Virus record (IMG/VR): IMGVR_UViG_2840904412_000002
Location: 9,071 to 73,070 of that record
Strand: one strand, 5' to 3'
Length of the DNA: 64,000 nt
From: a virus
Taxonomy: Duplodnaviria; Caudoviricetes
Position 1 is the first letter of the stretch. Each line of letters opens with the position of its first letter. The notes beneath the pieces are model-generated. The model did not search any database, was not told the DNA's origin, and worked only from the letters and a program-made list of their open reading frames with translations. The position numbers and the translations under genes were made by a program. Positions 50,162 through 61,099 of the stretch are shown piece by piece.

Positions 50162-50983
50162 TTAATTTAGTAAATTTTTTGAATTTATTAATTTTTGTTT
50201 TTCTAGTTCTAGATTTGATAGTTGTTTATTTAATACAATTTTAAAATTAGTATTGTCAGTTTCTTCTACGCAGTAAGAGTACTTGCCTGCCATTTCAAAT
50301 ACAATCCTAGAACTTTCTTCTAGTAATGTTTTATCTTGAGATACTAATCTAGTAAGACCAAATTTATTGGACTCTGTTTTACTAATACCATTCTTTAACA
50401 TTCTTTTTCTAGTTCTTGTTATTCTAGATTCAATGTTGATACCTAGGTTAGAGTTTAAGTTCTTCGATAACTCTGACCAACAGTATGATATTGACTTACC
50501 ATACATAATACGTTCTTTTTTGCATCTATTAGTAGCAATACCTCTTATCATAGAAACTAGCTCTTTTCTCCATTCTTCCGTATCTACATTTAGGTTGTAG
50601 ATTACGTTATTGTTTACTGAGTAAGAACCCGTTTTTCTGATAGAAGGTAAAACTTCTTTTCTAATCCACCTTTTAAATTCTTTTGCTGATTCTAATTTAC
50701 TACCAAAAATTAAACTGTATATACCAGGCTCATTGATAATTGTTTTATTAGAGAAGTCATTGTTACTCCATAAGGCGCTTTTAATAGCTTCCGTTAATTC
50801 TACGGAAGCCTTATATGACAAGACTTTCTTATCATCTTCCTCTACATGTACACGAACTGCTTGGTCTAAGTCTGTGTACCCTAACACGCATGCTACATCT
50901 GTTCCTAATGCATAAAATTCATTATTAATATTGAAACTTCTAATTTTTTGTCCTTCATAGTTTAAATTTAATAAATTTTCCAT
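50162..50983 (-). CDS. BRO-N domain (antirepressor-like) protein
   Basis: GTDVACVLGY, IINEPGIYSLIFGSKLESAKEFKRWI..EVLPSIRKTGSY. Confidence 0.85.
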   Translation of the reverse strand: MENLLNLNYEGQKIRSFNINNEFYALGTDVACVLGYTDLDQAVRVHVEEDDKKVLSYKASVELTEAIKSALWSNNDFSNKTIINEPGIYSLIFGSKLESAKEFKRWIRKEVLPSIRKTGSYSVNNNVIYNLNVDTEEWRKELVSMIRGIATNRCKKERIMYGKSISYCWSELSKNLNSNLGINIESRITRTRKRMLKNGISKTESNKFGLTRLVSQDKTLLEESSRIVFEMAGKYSYCVEETDNTNFKIVLNKQLSNLELEKQKLINSKNLLN

Positions 50984-51054
50984 AGTTATCATTTCCTTAT
51001 CATTTATTTTATACTTCTATTCTACTACAACATTAAAGTAAAGTCAACACTTTT

Positions 51055-51270
51055 TTACTTACTTTGTAATTCTTCTTGAAGAGAATCCCAATATTTTTCT
51101 GCTTGACTTCTATTATCTTCCACATGAGCAGTGACTTTATTACATTTGACACAATGCATATGTTTAATATGTCCTTCTTCTCTTCTTTTTGCTCTTTTTC
51201 TTGGTAATTTAAAACTTGAACCACACTCTTCACATACTAAATTTGAGATTACATAAACTTGCTTTTTCAT
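51055..51270 (-). CDS. zinc-ribbon protein
   Basis: CEECG...REEGHIKHMHCVKC. Confidence 0.65.
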   Translation of the reverse strand: MKKQVYVISNLVCEECGSSFKLPRKRAKRREEGHIKHMHCVKCNKVTAHVEDNRSQAEKYWDSLQEELQSK

Positions 51271-51330
51271 TTTTATCAATTCCTTTTCTATTTATTTGTT
51301 TTATATTTATATTATAATAGGTGTTGAGTA

Positions 51331-51522
51331 TTAAGTCAACACCTTTATTTTTTGACCTGCGTAGTTAATTTGGACACGTAGTTTATCTTCTTCGTCAACT
51401 TTTTTGTTGGTAGCACCCCTATAGTCTTCATAACCCAAAATTTTGGCTATATCGTTACCTACAAAGTAAGTTTGATTGTCTTTAACTACTGTTCTTACTG
51501 ATTCTCCTTCAAAATTAAACAT
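51331..51522 (-). pseudogene. truncated BRO-N fragment
   Basis: FNFEGESVRTV...YFVGNDIAKILGY, stops after 63 aa. Confidence 0.55.
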
Positions 51523-51638
51523 TAATTGGTTTTCATGTTACATCAGTCCTTTTCTTTTATTCGATACTCTTATTCTAACTTAGGACTGAATAAATGTCAA
51601 CACTTTTTGTTAAATTTTATGTAATTATTCTGAAGAAT

Positions 51639-51819
51639 CCTTTAGTATCAAGGGTTACAAGAAGAAAAAAACATGTTTGGAAAATTAGCACCCCTCTTAA
51701 TATATATATATAATACTAATAATACTAATAATACTAATAATACTAATATATATATATATAAGGGGGACCTTAATTTTCCAAACATGTTAAAAAATAGCTG
51801 TAACCCTTGATACTAAAGG
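51639..51819. repeat. 181-bp interrupted palindrome with central (TAATACTAA)x4; origin candidate
   Basis: 21-bp arms 51639-51659/51799-51819; 18-bp arms 51670-51687/51771-51788. Confidence 0.85.
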
Positions 51820-51865
51820 GTTTAGTAAAAATTGTATATAAAAAAGACCAACTTTTCAGCTAGTC

Positions 51866-52069
51866 TTAATAAAACAATTTGAAACTTTCAATTCTATTTG
51901 GATTAATGTAAATTTTCTCAGATGTTAAACTATTCTCAGTATAAACTTTCAGTAATCTTGCACTAGCCATAAAAGCACTCAAATCTGTATCATAAACCGG
52001 ACTATCTTCAGTACCAATTAAAAAATACTTATTACCACTTGCCATTGTTATTTCAACATATTTAATCAA
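51866..52069 (-). CDS. conserved small protein
   Basis: YVEITMASGNKY. Confidence 0.55.
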   Translation of the reverse strand: MIKYVEITMASGNKYFLIGTEDSPVYDTDLSAFMASARLLKVYTENSLTSEKIYINPNRIESFKLFY

Positions 52070-52081
52070 AACTTCTTCCTC

Positions 52082-52414
52082 CTAAGTAAACTTATTGAAT
52101 ACAAAAGATACAATAGCACCAAGCACTAATAATAAGACTTTCTCAACTCTTTCACTTTTTTTATCATCTTTATCTTTTGTACTTTCAGCCAATTCTTTCA
52201 CTTTCTCATCTAATGACTCTAATTGTATATAGATAGGTGTTTGTCTTTCAACATTAACTGCTAATTCTTTATCTAAAGTAGTTACGATACTCTTTAGTTC
52301 ATCAACTTCATTTTCCAGTTTCTTAAATGTATCACTGTCAATATACCCTTTTTCTTGTATAGTATTACTTATTGATTCAACTTTTTTAAATAGTTCATCT
52401 ACATTATTCGTCAA
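52082..52414 (-). CDS. coiled-coil protein with C-terminal membrane anchor
   Basis: VEKVLLLVLGAIVSFVF. Confidence 0.6.
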   Translation of the reverse strand: MTNNVDELFKKVESISNTIQEKGYIDSDTFKKLENEVDELKSIVTTLDKELAVNVERQTPIYIQLESLDEKVKELAESTKDKDDKKSERVEKVLLLVLGAIVSFVFNKFT

Positions 52415-52427
52415 TGTAAATCACCAC

Positions 52428-52748
52428 TTAATGATAAACCGATTCAGAGTATACATCAAAGTTATCTATAAACTTATCAATAATCTGGGCATAATTTTTA
52501 GTAATAATTTTTCCATAAGAAGTTTTTATATCAATTTCAAAATCTATAACACCAAACTCTTGAAGGTCTATACGGCACTTAACTTTATCAGGGTTGTTGC
52601 AAGGTAAGTAAAAGTAATCAAAAGATATAATAGAGCCGTTAGTCAAAAGTCTGTTTATTCTATACATGTGAAAAATATCCCTATCTCTTTTAAAATGAGT
52701 TAAGGCATCTTTAAATTCAACTTTTAGAATATCTTTATGCTTAGTCAA
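52428..52748 (-). CDS. conserved hypothetical protein
   Basis: 106 aa, RBS AAGGAGG. Confidence 0.6.
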   Translation of the reverse strand: MTKHKDILKVEFKDALTHFKRDRDIFHMYRINRLLTNGSIISFDYFYLPCNNPDKVKCRIDLQEFGVIDFEIDIKTSYGKIITKNYAQIIDKFIDNFDVYSESVYH

Positions 52749-52814
52749 TTTTATACCGAACCTCCTTTATTTTTTAATAAAAAAAACTTGCATAAATTAA
52801 GGATTTATGGTATA

Positions 52815-53066
52815 CTAATTAGAGAGTAAGGTAGCCACCACTATTATGAAAGTATAAAGAAAAACACCCATAAAATTCCCTAGATATAGGATGTATATAC
52901 CTAATAATAAAACACAGTACATAATAAAAATAATAAGTACTTGATACATAATATTTAAACCATATATACTATTATTAGTTAACTGACGTGTAACTATATT
53001 TACTCCTGTTAGTATGATAATGAAAGCCACTAATACAATACATACTTCAATTATAGTCACCAACAT
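52815..53066 (-). CDS. membrane protein
   Basis: three TM helices. Confidence 0.5.
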   Translation of the reverse strand: MLVTIIEVCIVLVAFIIILTGVNIVTRQLTNNSIYGLNIMYQVLIIFIMYCVLLLGIYILYLGNFMGVFLYTFIIVVATLLSN

Positions 53067-53184
53067 ATTGTCACCTATTATTTCTCGAATATCATTCAAA
53101 ACTTAATATAACATAGAATGACAACATTGTATTATATTAATATAGTGAACAACTATGCCTTAGAGCAAGGGGTGGAATAAGAGT

Positions 53185-53559
53185 TTGAAACGGAAACTAG
53201 AAAAAATAGATAGTATTGTAAAAAGGATATTAATACTAGTTATATCAACTTTAGTCATACTATCAATAGTCAATGCACTGTCACTAATATTTGAAATGAG
53301 ACCTAATGTTGTAATGATTTATTTTATGTTTGGTGCTATGACATCTTATGTAGTTTTAGTGTATTATGATAAATTTATACAAAGAAAAGATGACCCATTA
53401 CCTGACTATATTTTAAAAGAAGTACAAGTAATTAAAAACGAAGTAGATGTTCTACAAGAAATGTTATCAGAAGAACAAGGTACCACAAAAGAAGAGATTA
53501 AAGTGAGAGCAAAAGCAAGACGAAAGGTAGACCATGAAAAAACACGAAGTAAAAGATAA
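53185..53559 (+). CDS. membrane protein, first gene of the packaging operon
   Basis: two TM helices. Confidence 0.6.
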   Translation: MKRKLEKIDSIVKRILILVISTLVILSIVNALSLIFEMRPNVVMIYFMFGAMTSYVVLVYYDKFIQRKDDPLPDYILKEVQVIKNEVDVLQEMLSEEQGTTKEEIKVRAKARRKVDHEKTRSKR

Positions 53560-53812
53560 GCGTAGACTTATTAAAAAAAATGGAACTAAAGTAACTCTTG
53601 TTAAAAAAAACGACAAAAGAATTACAAGCCCTAGTCGTATTTGTTGTATATGTGGGGAACAATTATCAAAAGTAAATTATAGCAATGGGAAAGTTCTTGC
53701 AAAAAAAGACCATATCCATGTTCAGTATAGTAGTCTTTTGTATTTAGATATGTGTAAGGATGTGACTAACTGCTATAAGAACCTTAAAGAAAGAGGTGAG
53801 CTTAGTGAGTAG
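53534..53812 (+). CDS. conserved Cys-containing protein
   Basis: RICCICG. Confidence 0.55.
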   Translation: MKKHEVKDKRRLIKKNGTKVTLVKKNDKRITSPSRICCICGEQLSKVNYSNGKVLAKKDHIHVQYSSLLYLDMCKDVTNCYKNLKERGELSE

Positions 53813-54218
53813 AACAGGACGACTTCGTAGAAAAATGGAAAAAAAGAAAATTGAACAAGAAGATAAAACTAAGTATATTCAAGATGGTTTTATGAGTAGT
53901 ATCCAAACTTTAATGTTCGATTTTCAAAACAAAGTTAATGCAGGGCAAGTAGAAGTAAAAGACCCTAATGATTTATATAAACTATTTGTTATTTATTCTC
54001 AAATGCAACAACTCATAGGTGATGATACTGAAGGTGGCGGTGTTTTACCACAACTATCAGGAAAGCAACAAAAAGTTTTCGATGAAATAATCACTGAAAA
54101 TAGTGAAGATGGAGAAATAGACATGAAAAAACTATCTGAGTTATCAGAAGATGACATTACTAATATGATTGCGGATAAAGAAAAGGCAATGAATAACGAT
54201 AATTCAGAGACATTTTAG
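53796..54218 (+). CDS. terS: putative terminase small subunit
   Basis: directly upstream of terL; helical protein of ~137 aa. Confidence 0.55.
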   Translation: MSLVSRTGRLRRKMEKKKIEQEDKTKYIQDGFMSSIQTLMFDFQNKVNAGQVEVKDPNDLYKLFVIYSQMQQLIGDDTEGGGVLPQLSGKQQKVFDEIITENSEDGEIDMKKLSELSEDDITNMIADKEKAMNNDNSETF

Positions 54219-54232
54219 AAGGAGTGATATGT

Positions 54233-57200
54233 TTGGATGGTAAAGAGTTATTAAAGATTACTCAAGAAACATTTCAAACGGAACAAGTAACAAAAGAGCA
54301 GGTTGACCATATTTTAAATATGCTTAACCCTAGTACTTATATGCTTAAGTATCATACGCTAAGGGGGCATCCTATAACGTTTAGTATTCCAAATAGGGAT
54401 AGAAGTAGGGCACAAGCGCATAGACCTTGGCAAGTCCGTAAACTACATATGCGGACTATAAACCTTTTCTAAACTTGGAAACTCCTAACGTAAAGACGAG
54501 GACAATCAAGTGCTAAATTCAGTTTAATACTGATAAACGCCTAACGACTAAATTTACTGGTAAGCAATTAAATGGAATTGTGTAGAACAGTATAAGAGGG
54601 AAACCGTAACGAAAAGGGCTTTTACACCAAGAAGTAAAAGTATGAGATAGTCTAGTCCCCTAATAAATATCGGGAAACCGAGGGTAAAAAACGATAGTAA
54701 ATGATACCCACCCTAACAAAGCAGTAATTAAATCGAGACAATTAGGGCTATCGGAGATGTCAGTAATGGAGATGGTACATTTTGCGGATTTACATAGCTA
54801 TGCCTCTGTAAAGTGTATGTACACATTTCATACCCAAGACCAAGTTAAGAAATTTGTACAATCAAGGTTAAATCCAGTATTACAAAAACCTTATTTTAAC
54901 TCTATTGTAGATTGGGAACAAGATTCACAAGGCTTTAAAAAACTAAGAAATTCTAGTATGTTCTTTAGAACTAGCAGTAAGCCAGGGGCTTTAGAAGGTG
55001 TTGACGTAGATTTTTTAGTTTTTGATGAATACGAACGTGTGCCTAAATTATCAGAATCTTCTGGGTTGGAAGCCATGTCTAGTTCTCCTTTTAAAGTAGT
55101 TCGTAGATTCTCCACACCATCAGCACCAGGAATAGGAATACACAGATTATACCAACAATCTGACCAATGGTATTATGCACATGTTTGTCAGCATTGTGGT
55201 CATGAAAATGAAATGAAGTATGCAGATTATGACCCTGATAATTTAGATAAGAGTGGGAATTTGTTATGCGTAAATCCTGATGGTATAGACGAGATGGCAA
55301 AAACAGTACAAGATGGTACGTATCAATATGTGTGTCAAAAATGTGGGAAACCACTGGATAGATGGTATAATGGAGTTTGGAGATGCCATTTTCCAAATAG
55401 AACAAAGAATAATGCAGGTATAAGAGGGTACTATATTAGTCAGATGAATGCGGTAGATACATGCCCTTTAATGTAGAAATACATTAATAGCATCCCTTTA
55501 ATTCATGGGACATCTCTCATTTGAGACAATCATGAGCCAAGCCTATATTAATAGGAAGGTGCAACGACTATTATGTAGTTCCAAGTGGAACGAAACGGGG
55601 GAGACCTAAGTCTCATATGATATGGTTATGATATAGTCTGAGCTTTGTAGGTGACTACAAGAAGGATAGGAGTAACGAACCTATTCGTAACATAATGGTG
55701 GATTTCAGCTGACCAACTTGTTGAGAAGGAGTTAAATACTGAGTCTAAACAAGCATTTTATAACTACGTATTGGGTTAGTGGCATAGCCCCTTTACACAG
55801 TAATGTGTATCGAAGAACTCTGTTAAACGGGGAAACCCCTAACGTAAAGACGAGGGCAATCCCGTGCTAAGTGTTGACTTTATATAAAATACATGTTATA
55901 ATGTACTTGTAAGGTTAACTAAATGCCTAACGACTAAATTTCTAGGTAACTTACAAAAGGGTGTAAGTGAGAACTAGATAAGAAAACTAATACTTTGAAA
56001 AATTTTAATAAAAATAATAAAGATAGGGGGGTAATTATTTATGAGGAAACCTATAAGTACTAAGGAATTTGAAAATATTTTAAAAGAAACAGAAAAAGGA
56101 CAGTATACTTTACTAGGTGAAGTTGTCAATGCCAAAACTAAAGTTGATGTTAGACATGAGAAGTGCGGTACTGTATATAAAGTAAGTCCTTCTTCCTACA
56201 AAGGGGGTAGCAGATGTCCTATATGTGCAAGAAAAGAAAGAGTAAATACACGTAAAGGTGGAAGAAGAAAAACACATGAGGACTTCATAAAAGAGGTTTA
56301 CAATCTTGTTGGAGAAGAATACACAGTTAACAGTAAGTATGAAAAATGGAATACTAAAATATCATTTACACATAATAGTTGTGGGAATACTTTTTTAATG
56401 ATTCCTAATAGTTTTTTGAATGGTAGAGGTTGTCCTGAGTGTGGTAGAAAAAGAAGTAATTCTGTAAGAAACTCAAACAATAATATTTTTAAAGAAAAAC
56501 TAAGACTAAAATATGGCAATGAGTACACTCCTTTAGAGGACTATAAAAATAACTCAACAAATATATTAGTTAAGCATAATACTTGCGGTAACTCATGGAG
56601 AGTTAAACCTGCTAATCTACTATGGGGTTATGGATGCCCTAGATGTAAACAGTCCAAAGGAGAAAAGTTGGTAGAAGAGTATCTTTTAAGTAAGGGAATT
56701 AACTTTACGACCCAAAAGAAGTTTAAAGATTTAAAAGCAGTTAAAAATTTATCTTTTGACTTCTACCTACCAGAAGAAAATATTCTTATTGAGTATCAAG
56801 GAAAACAGCATTATCACCCAGTAGATATTTTCGGAGGAAGAGAGCAGTTTAAAAAGCAAGTGGAATATGATAATATGAAGAGAGAGTATACTAAGAATAA
56901 AGGATACCATTTAATAGAAATACCATATAAGTATACTACCATAGAAGGTATAGAAGAAATTTTAAACAAAGTATTAGTGTAAAGCAGAGAGCCCTTAACC
57001 TAAACTAAGGGTTATGATATAGTCTAAACCGTAAATAAATACTAGGAAACTAGCGGTAGTAATTGATGCCTTATGAAGATTTAAAAATGCGTGTATTACC
57101 AGAAGACGTGTTTGAAAACAAATCACAGATTGCTAAAGAACAATTATTTGATAGAGATAGATATAAGTATATATCATGTAGTGTTGACTGGGGTAATTTT

Positions 57201-57836
57201 CATTGGTGCTGTGTACATGGTATGACAGAAGATGGTCATGTAGACTTAATACGACTATTTAGTGTAAAGAAAAATAGCAGACCAGATTTAGTAGAGGCAG
57301 ACTTAGAAAGAATTATATTAGAGTTTTCTAAATATGACCCCGATATTATTATAGCTGATAATGGAGATTCAGGAAATAACGTTCTTAAATTAATCAATTT
57401 CTTTGGTAGGGAACGAGTATTTGGATGTACTTATAAATCTAGTCCACGCTCATCAGGACAACTATATGCACAATTTAATGAAAACACAAACACCGTAACC
57501 GTAGACAAATTAATGCATAATAAGAACTATATACAGGGACTAAAAACAGGTAGAATAAGTGTGTACCAAAAACAAGATGAAGAACTTAAAACATACTTAA
57601 AACATTGGCAAAATGTTTTAATCATGGATGAAGAAGATGAGAAAACAGGGGAAATGTACCAAGTAATTAAGCGTAAAGGAGACGACCATTACGCTCAGAG
57701 TGCAACGATAGGATATATTGGACTCAATCGTATTAAAGAATTACTTGAAACATCTAAAGGAACATCTTTTGACTCTACATTTGTTTCTACTGATTACAAC
57801 CAAGATTCAAACAATACATTCTATTTAAACGATTAG
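54233..57836 (+). CDS. terL: terminase large subunit, join(54233..54439, 54694..55454, 55698..55776, 57066..57836), 605 aa
   Basis: spliced product reads RPWQVR|IVNDTHPNKAVIKSRQLG, FLVFDEY, NAV|WISAD, VLG|MPYED, SVDWG, GDDHY. Confidence 0.92.
54440..54693 (+). mobile_element. group I intron 1 of terL (ORF-less, 254 nt)
   Basis: P1 GUCCGU/GCGGAC; CUAACGACUA and GAUAGUCU cores; ends AACG. Confidence 0.9.
55455..55697 (+). mobile_element. group I intron 2 of terL (ORF-less, 243 nt)
   Basis: AAUUCAUGGGA, AAUCAUGAG, GCAACGACUA, GAUAUAGUCU; ends CAUAAUG like the lysin intron. Confidence 0.85.
55777..57065 (+). mobile_element. group I intron 3 of terL carrying a homing endonuclease
   Basis: P1 GGGU/GCCC; CUAACGACUA before and GAUAUAGUCU after the ORF; internal promoter TTGACT(55874)-17-TATAAT. 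Confidence 0.9.
56041..56982 (+). CDS. intron-encoded homing endonuclease (three zinc-ribbon repeats + Vsr/EDxHD-like nuclease)
   Basis: H..CG...CP.C x3; SKGE...FDFYLP...IEYQGKQHY. Confidence 0.85.
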   Translation: MRKPISTKEFENILKETEKGQYTLLGEVVNAKTKVDVRHEKCGTVYKVSPSSYKGGSRCPICARKERVNTRKGGRRKTHEDFIKEVYNLVGEEYTVNSKYEKWNTKISFTHNSCGNTFLMIPNSFLNGRGCPECGRKRSNSVRNSNNNIFKEKLRLKYGNEYTPLEDYKNNSTNILVKHNTCGNSWRVKPANLLWGYGCPRCKQSKGEKLVEEYLLSKGINFTTQKKFKDLKAVKNLSFDFYLPEENILIEYQGKQHYHPVDIFGGREQFKKQVEYDNMKREYTKNKGYHLIEIPYKYTTIEGIEEILNKVLV

Positions 57837-57846
57837 GAATGATACA

Positions 57847-58644
57847 ATGTTACAAGATATTATAGATAATAAAGACACTGATATAAATATCGGTGTCTTA
57901 CACTTTTTAACAAATAGAACTTTTACATATGAAGAAGTAGCAAAGACTAATAATATATTAACTGAAAAGTATTATTATATTGTTAAGTCTTATGGATTTA
58001 ATGATTTTTATGATTTATTTCTATACGTAAACAATGAAGATAACTTTGTTTCTAAGGGGGGAGACAAGGATAAATCTAAGTTGAATAAAGTAAAGCGTAA
58101 GGTTATACGTAATGGTAAAGAAATAGAAATGACTATATACGAGGACCCAAATGCTGATAACCAACAACAAGATAAAAAACCCAAAGATAATGAACAACAA
58201 CCTAAAACAACATCAGCTATAGGCTCTAAATCTACAGGAACGGAAGAAGGACAAAAGGTTAATCCTAAAAGGATAGTAAATACAATCAGTAAGTTAGGTA
58301 GTAGAGCAGACCATATAGATACTTCTTTAGTAAATATCTCTAGGGAATTTACTTCTACAGATGGAGAGTTGATAGGTACTGCCTTTTTCGAGGAAACGAA
58401 AGATACTATTAAACTACATGGATATATAATAAAAGAAGGTGTTACTGGGGTAGGTATACGTTCTGTTATAGAGTTACTATTATTAGGAATAAAGAAAGAA
58501 AAAAATATAGAAGTATATGACATCCAATTACCAGAGGCTGTACAGTATTTAACTATGTTAGGACTTACTAAAAAGAATGATTCTTTTTATATGAATAAAA
58601 AAGATGTTATAGCTTTTATAGGGGACTTACATGAATTTCTTTAA
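57847..58644 (+). CDS. conserved putative virion protein
   Basis: KGG.KD.SKL.KVKR.V.RNGK motif; follows terL. Confidence 0.6.
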   Translation: MLQDIIDNKDTDINIGVLHFLTNRTFTYEEVAKTNNILTEKYYYIVKSYGFNDFYDLFLYVNNEDNFVSKGGDKDKSKLNKVKRKVIRNGKEIEMTIYEDPNADNQQQDKKPKDNEQQPKTTSAIGSKSTGTEEGQKVNPKRIVNTISKLGSRADHIDTSLVNISREFTSTDGELIGTAFFEETKDTIKLHGYIIKEGVTGVGIRSVIELLLLGIKKEKNIEVYDIQLPEAVQYLTMLGLTKKNDSFYMNKKDVIAFIGDLHEFL

Positions 58645-59266
58645 TATCTTGATTATATTTACAGTTTGTTATATACTATATGTAGTAACGCTAATACTAA
58701 TATATTACAAAAAAGAAATTAAATTTAAAAAACTTTTAATGAATTTAGAAAATTTAAAATATAATTTTTATATAGAAAAGGAAGATGTTGTAATGGAAAA
58801 TAAGTTAACGCTAGAGGAATCTATCACACCTTTAACAAAAAAAGAGAAAGAAGATGCTATTAAAGAGTTTAGTCGAATTTTATGTGAAATGACTAATAAG
58901 TTGTATTCTACATATAATGTATTAAGACAAGACCCAGTAGACGAAACACAAAAGTTAGATGGGCATTTAATGGTTTTTCAAAGCCGTTTAGGTGATTCTC
59001 TTACAGGAGATTTACATGATAAACTATTTAGATTAGCATTTGATAAACGTTTAAATATATTTGAGGTAAATAAACAGTACAGGAAAGATGTACAGGATAA
59101 TAAAGCTATTGCTCTAGGTAATGTTGTTGTTACAGATACAGCTATTAGTAATATTTTATCCAGTAATGAATTAGGGTTTAGTATTTCATTTATGCTAAAA
59201 GAAGATTGGGAAGAAAAAGAACGAATTCGAAAAGAAGAAGAAGAAAAGTTAAACAAAGAAAAGTAA
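58631..59266 (+). CDS. hypothetical protein (N-terminal TM; possible second start at 58793)
   Basis: 211 aa ORF with internal RBS AAAGGAAG. Confidence 0.55.
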   Translation: MNFFNILIIFTVCYILYVVTLILIYYKKEIKFKKLLMNLENLKYNFYIEKEDVVMENKLTLEESITPLTKKEKEDAIKEFSRILCEMTNKLYSTYNVLRQDPVDETQKLDGHLMVFQSRLGDSLTGDLHDKLFRLAFDKRLNIFEVNKQYRKDVQDNKAIALGNVVVTDTAISNILSSNELGFSISFMLKEDWEEKERIRKEEEEKLNKEK

Positions 59267-59302
59267 TGATGTTATGAGATACAGGGAAAGGGAATAAGTT
59301 TA

Positions 59303-60268
59303 ATGAATAAAAAGTTAGACGGTAAAGAAATAGCAACTGTAATTATCATAATATTAATAGGATTCTCTATATTATTTAATATTTTATTTTTATCTCAACT
59401 AGATAAAGAAAAAGAAGAGAAAGATAAATACAAAAGGTTAGTTAATATTTATCAGAAAGATAATAAGATAGATACTAAAGACAAAAAAGAATATGTTAAA
59501 AGGTTAAATGATGCAGAAGAGGAACTTGATAAAGTAAAGAAAGAAACTAATTATAAGGGATACAATGATAAGTCTGATAAAGGTAAAGCAGAGATAGATA
59601 AGGAACTTAGAGAGTCTATTTTTGGTAAACTTAGAGATGATGAAATAATTGTTAAAACTAAGATTGAATACACAGATAAGGTTAAATCACCTACTATAAA
59701 AATAGACAATGAGGGAATAGGAACAGTGTTACTTCCGATAGAGAATAAACCAGAGAATGATAATACTGAAGTAAAAGTAGTTGATTCTACTAACATACCA
59801 ACTGCTACACCTCCAGTAGTAAGTGCACCAGAGGTCAGTAATACACCAATACCCCAACAACCACCTAGTGTACCAGATAATAACGGTAATACAGTACCTA
59901 TTGCACCTAGTACACCTAATGCGCCTAGTGATGGTGGAAATTTAACACCAAATGTTCCAATTAATCCAACACCACCTGTTGAAGAACCTATAAAACCTAC
60001 AGAGCCAGACAGACCTATAGAACCGTCTAAACCAGAAGAACCAAGTGGTCCTGTTGAATCAGAGGAACCTAACAACCCTGATAATCCTGATGTTACTGAG
60101 GAACCACCTCAACCAGAAGAACCTAACAACCCTGATAATACCGATAATACTGATGCTACTGGAGAATCAAGTAATCCTAGTGAACCTAATATTATACCAT
60201 GGACACCACTAGAACCTCCTTTAAGTATGCCTTTAGTTCCTTTAGAACCTGCAACACCAATAACATAA
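59303..60268 (+). CDS. membrane-anchored Pro/Glu-rich protein
   Basis: N-terminal TM; EEPNNPDN repeats. Confidence 0.7.
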   Translation: MNKKLDGKEIATVIIIILIGFSILFNILFLSQLDKEKEEKDKYKRLVNIYQKDNKIDTKDKKEYVKRLNDAEEELDKVKKETNYKGYNDKSDKGKAEIDKELRESIFGKLRDDEIIVKTKIEYTDKVKSPTIKIDNEGIGTVLLPIENKPENDNTEVKVVDSTNIPTATPPVVSAPEVSNTPIPQQPPSVPDNNGNTVPIAPSTPNAPSDGGNLTPNVPINPTPPVEEPIKPTEPDRPIEPSKPEEPSGPVESEEPNNPDNPDVTEEPPQPEEPNNPDNTDNTDATGESSNPSEPNIIPWTPLEPPLSMPLVPLEPATPIT

Positions 60269-60356
60269 TTATTACTACAAAAGCATAGGTATTAAACCTA
60301 TGCTTTAATTATATTATATTAATAAGAGATGCTATTATAGAAAGGATATGTAACTA

Positions 60357-60710
60357 TTGAACTTTGATTTAAATATACTAACTTCTATTTTAGTTTTAAT
60401 TATAGGTACTTGTTTACTTACATTAGTAATAACAGAATGTTTAGGTTATACAAAAGAACTTAAATTGTTACATTATGCAATTTATGGTATAGTAATTATA
60501 GGAACTTATTTTTTAACAGAAATGTTTAAAAAAATATCTAGTATAATTAAAGAAGATGTTATTTTATCTGTTCAAAATACAGAAAAATATAACGGTTTTA
60601 ATGACCCAATATTTATATTCATTATTACAACGATTGGTGCTATTATTGGGCTAGGTATTTATTATACGCATAAATATATAAAAGAAACTAACTTAAATAA
60701 GAAACGGTGA
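60357..60710 (+). CDS. membrane protein
   Basis: three TM helices. Confidence 0.6.
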   Translation: MNFDLNILTSILVLIIGTCLLTLVITECLGYTKELKLLHYAIYGIVIIGTYFLTEMFKKISSIIKEDVILSVQNTEKYNGFNDPIFIFIITTIGAIIGLGIYYTHKYIKETNLNKKR

Positions 60711-60718
60711 TGTAGACT

Positions 60719-61099
60719 TTGACCTATGCTAAAGATAAAAAATGGGAAGATGCAAAGACTTTTATAAAACAACAGGGTATGAAAGATAATTGGATAGAAA
60801 TAGTAGATTATTATAGGCAAATAGGCGGTACGCACGTTGCTGTATTTATTGCTCTAGAAAAAGAAAAATATATGATACTAGAAGCAACTACTGATAATAG
60901 AGTAATATTAGTAGATAAAAATAATAATATTGTTTTAGAAGATTATAATGTGGTTATGGAATCTAAGAAGATGTTTTATTATATAGAACAACCCTTTAAG
61001 CACAAAATAGACTTAAATAGTTCTATAAGCAATATTACATATAATAACACAGATACATTAACAATGTACAACCATAAGGATGGTGACACGGTTGGCTGA
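60719..61099 (+). CDS. conserved hypothetical protein upstream of portal
   Basis: WIEIVDYYRQIGG. Confidence 0.6.
   Translation: MTYAKDKKWEDAKTFIKQQGMKDNWIEIVDYYRQIGGTHVAVFIALEKEKYMILEATTDNRVILVDKNNNIVLEDYNVVMESKKMFYYIEQPFKHKIDLNSSISNITYNNTDTLTMYNHKDGDTVG

Noticed and set aside
50162-51522. BRO/antirepressor genes as evidence of lysogeny
   Set aside because: No integrase or repressor switch in the window; BRO-N genes also occur in lytic phages.
51711-51746. CRISPR-like array
   Set aside because: 9-bp tandem units without spacers; no cas genes or repeat-spacer array seen anywhere in the window.
54224-57836. Three separate terminase ORFs or a pseudogene
   Set aside because: Intron removal restores a single intact frame.
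59551-60075. 174-aa - strand ORF and similar shadows (1740, 10052, 25255, 45535, 58008)
   Set aside because: Antisense to well-supported genes, no RBS, composition mirrors the sense codons.
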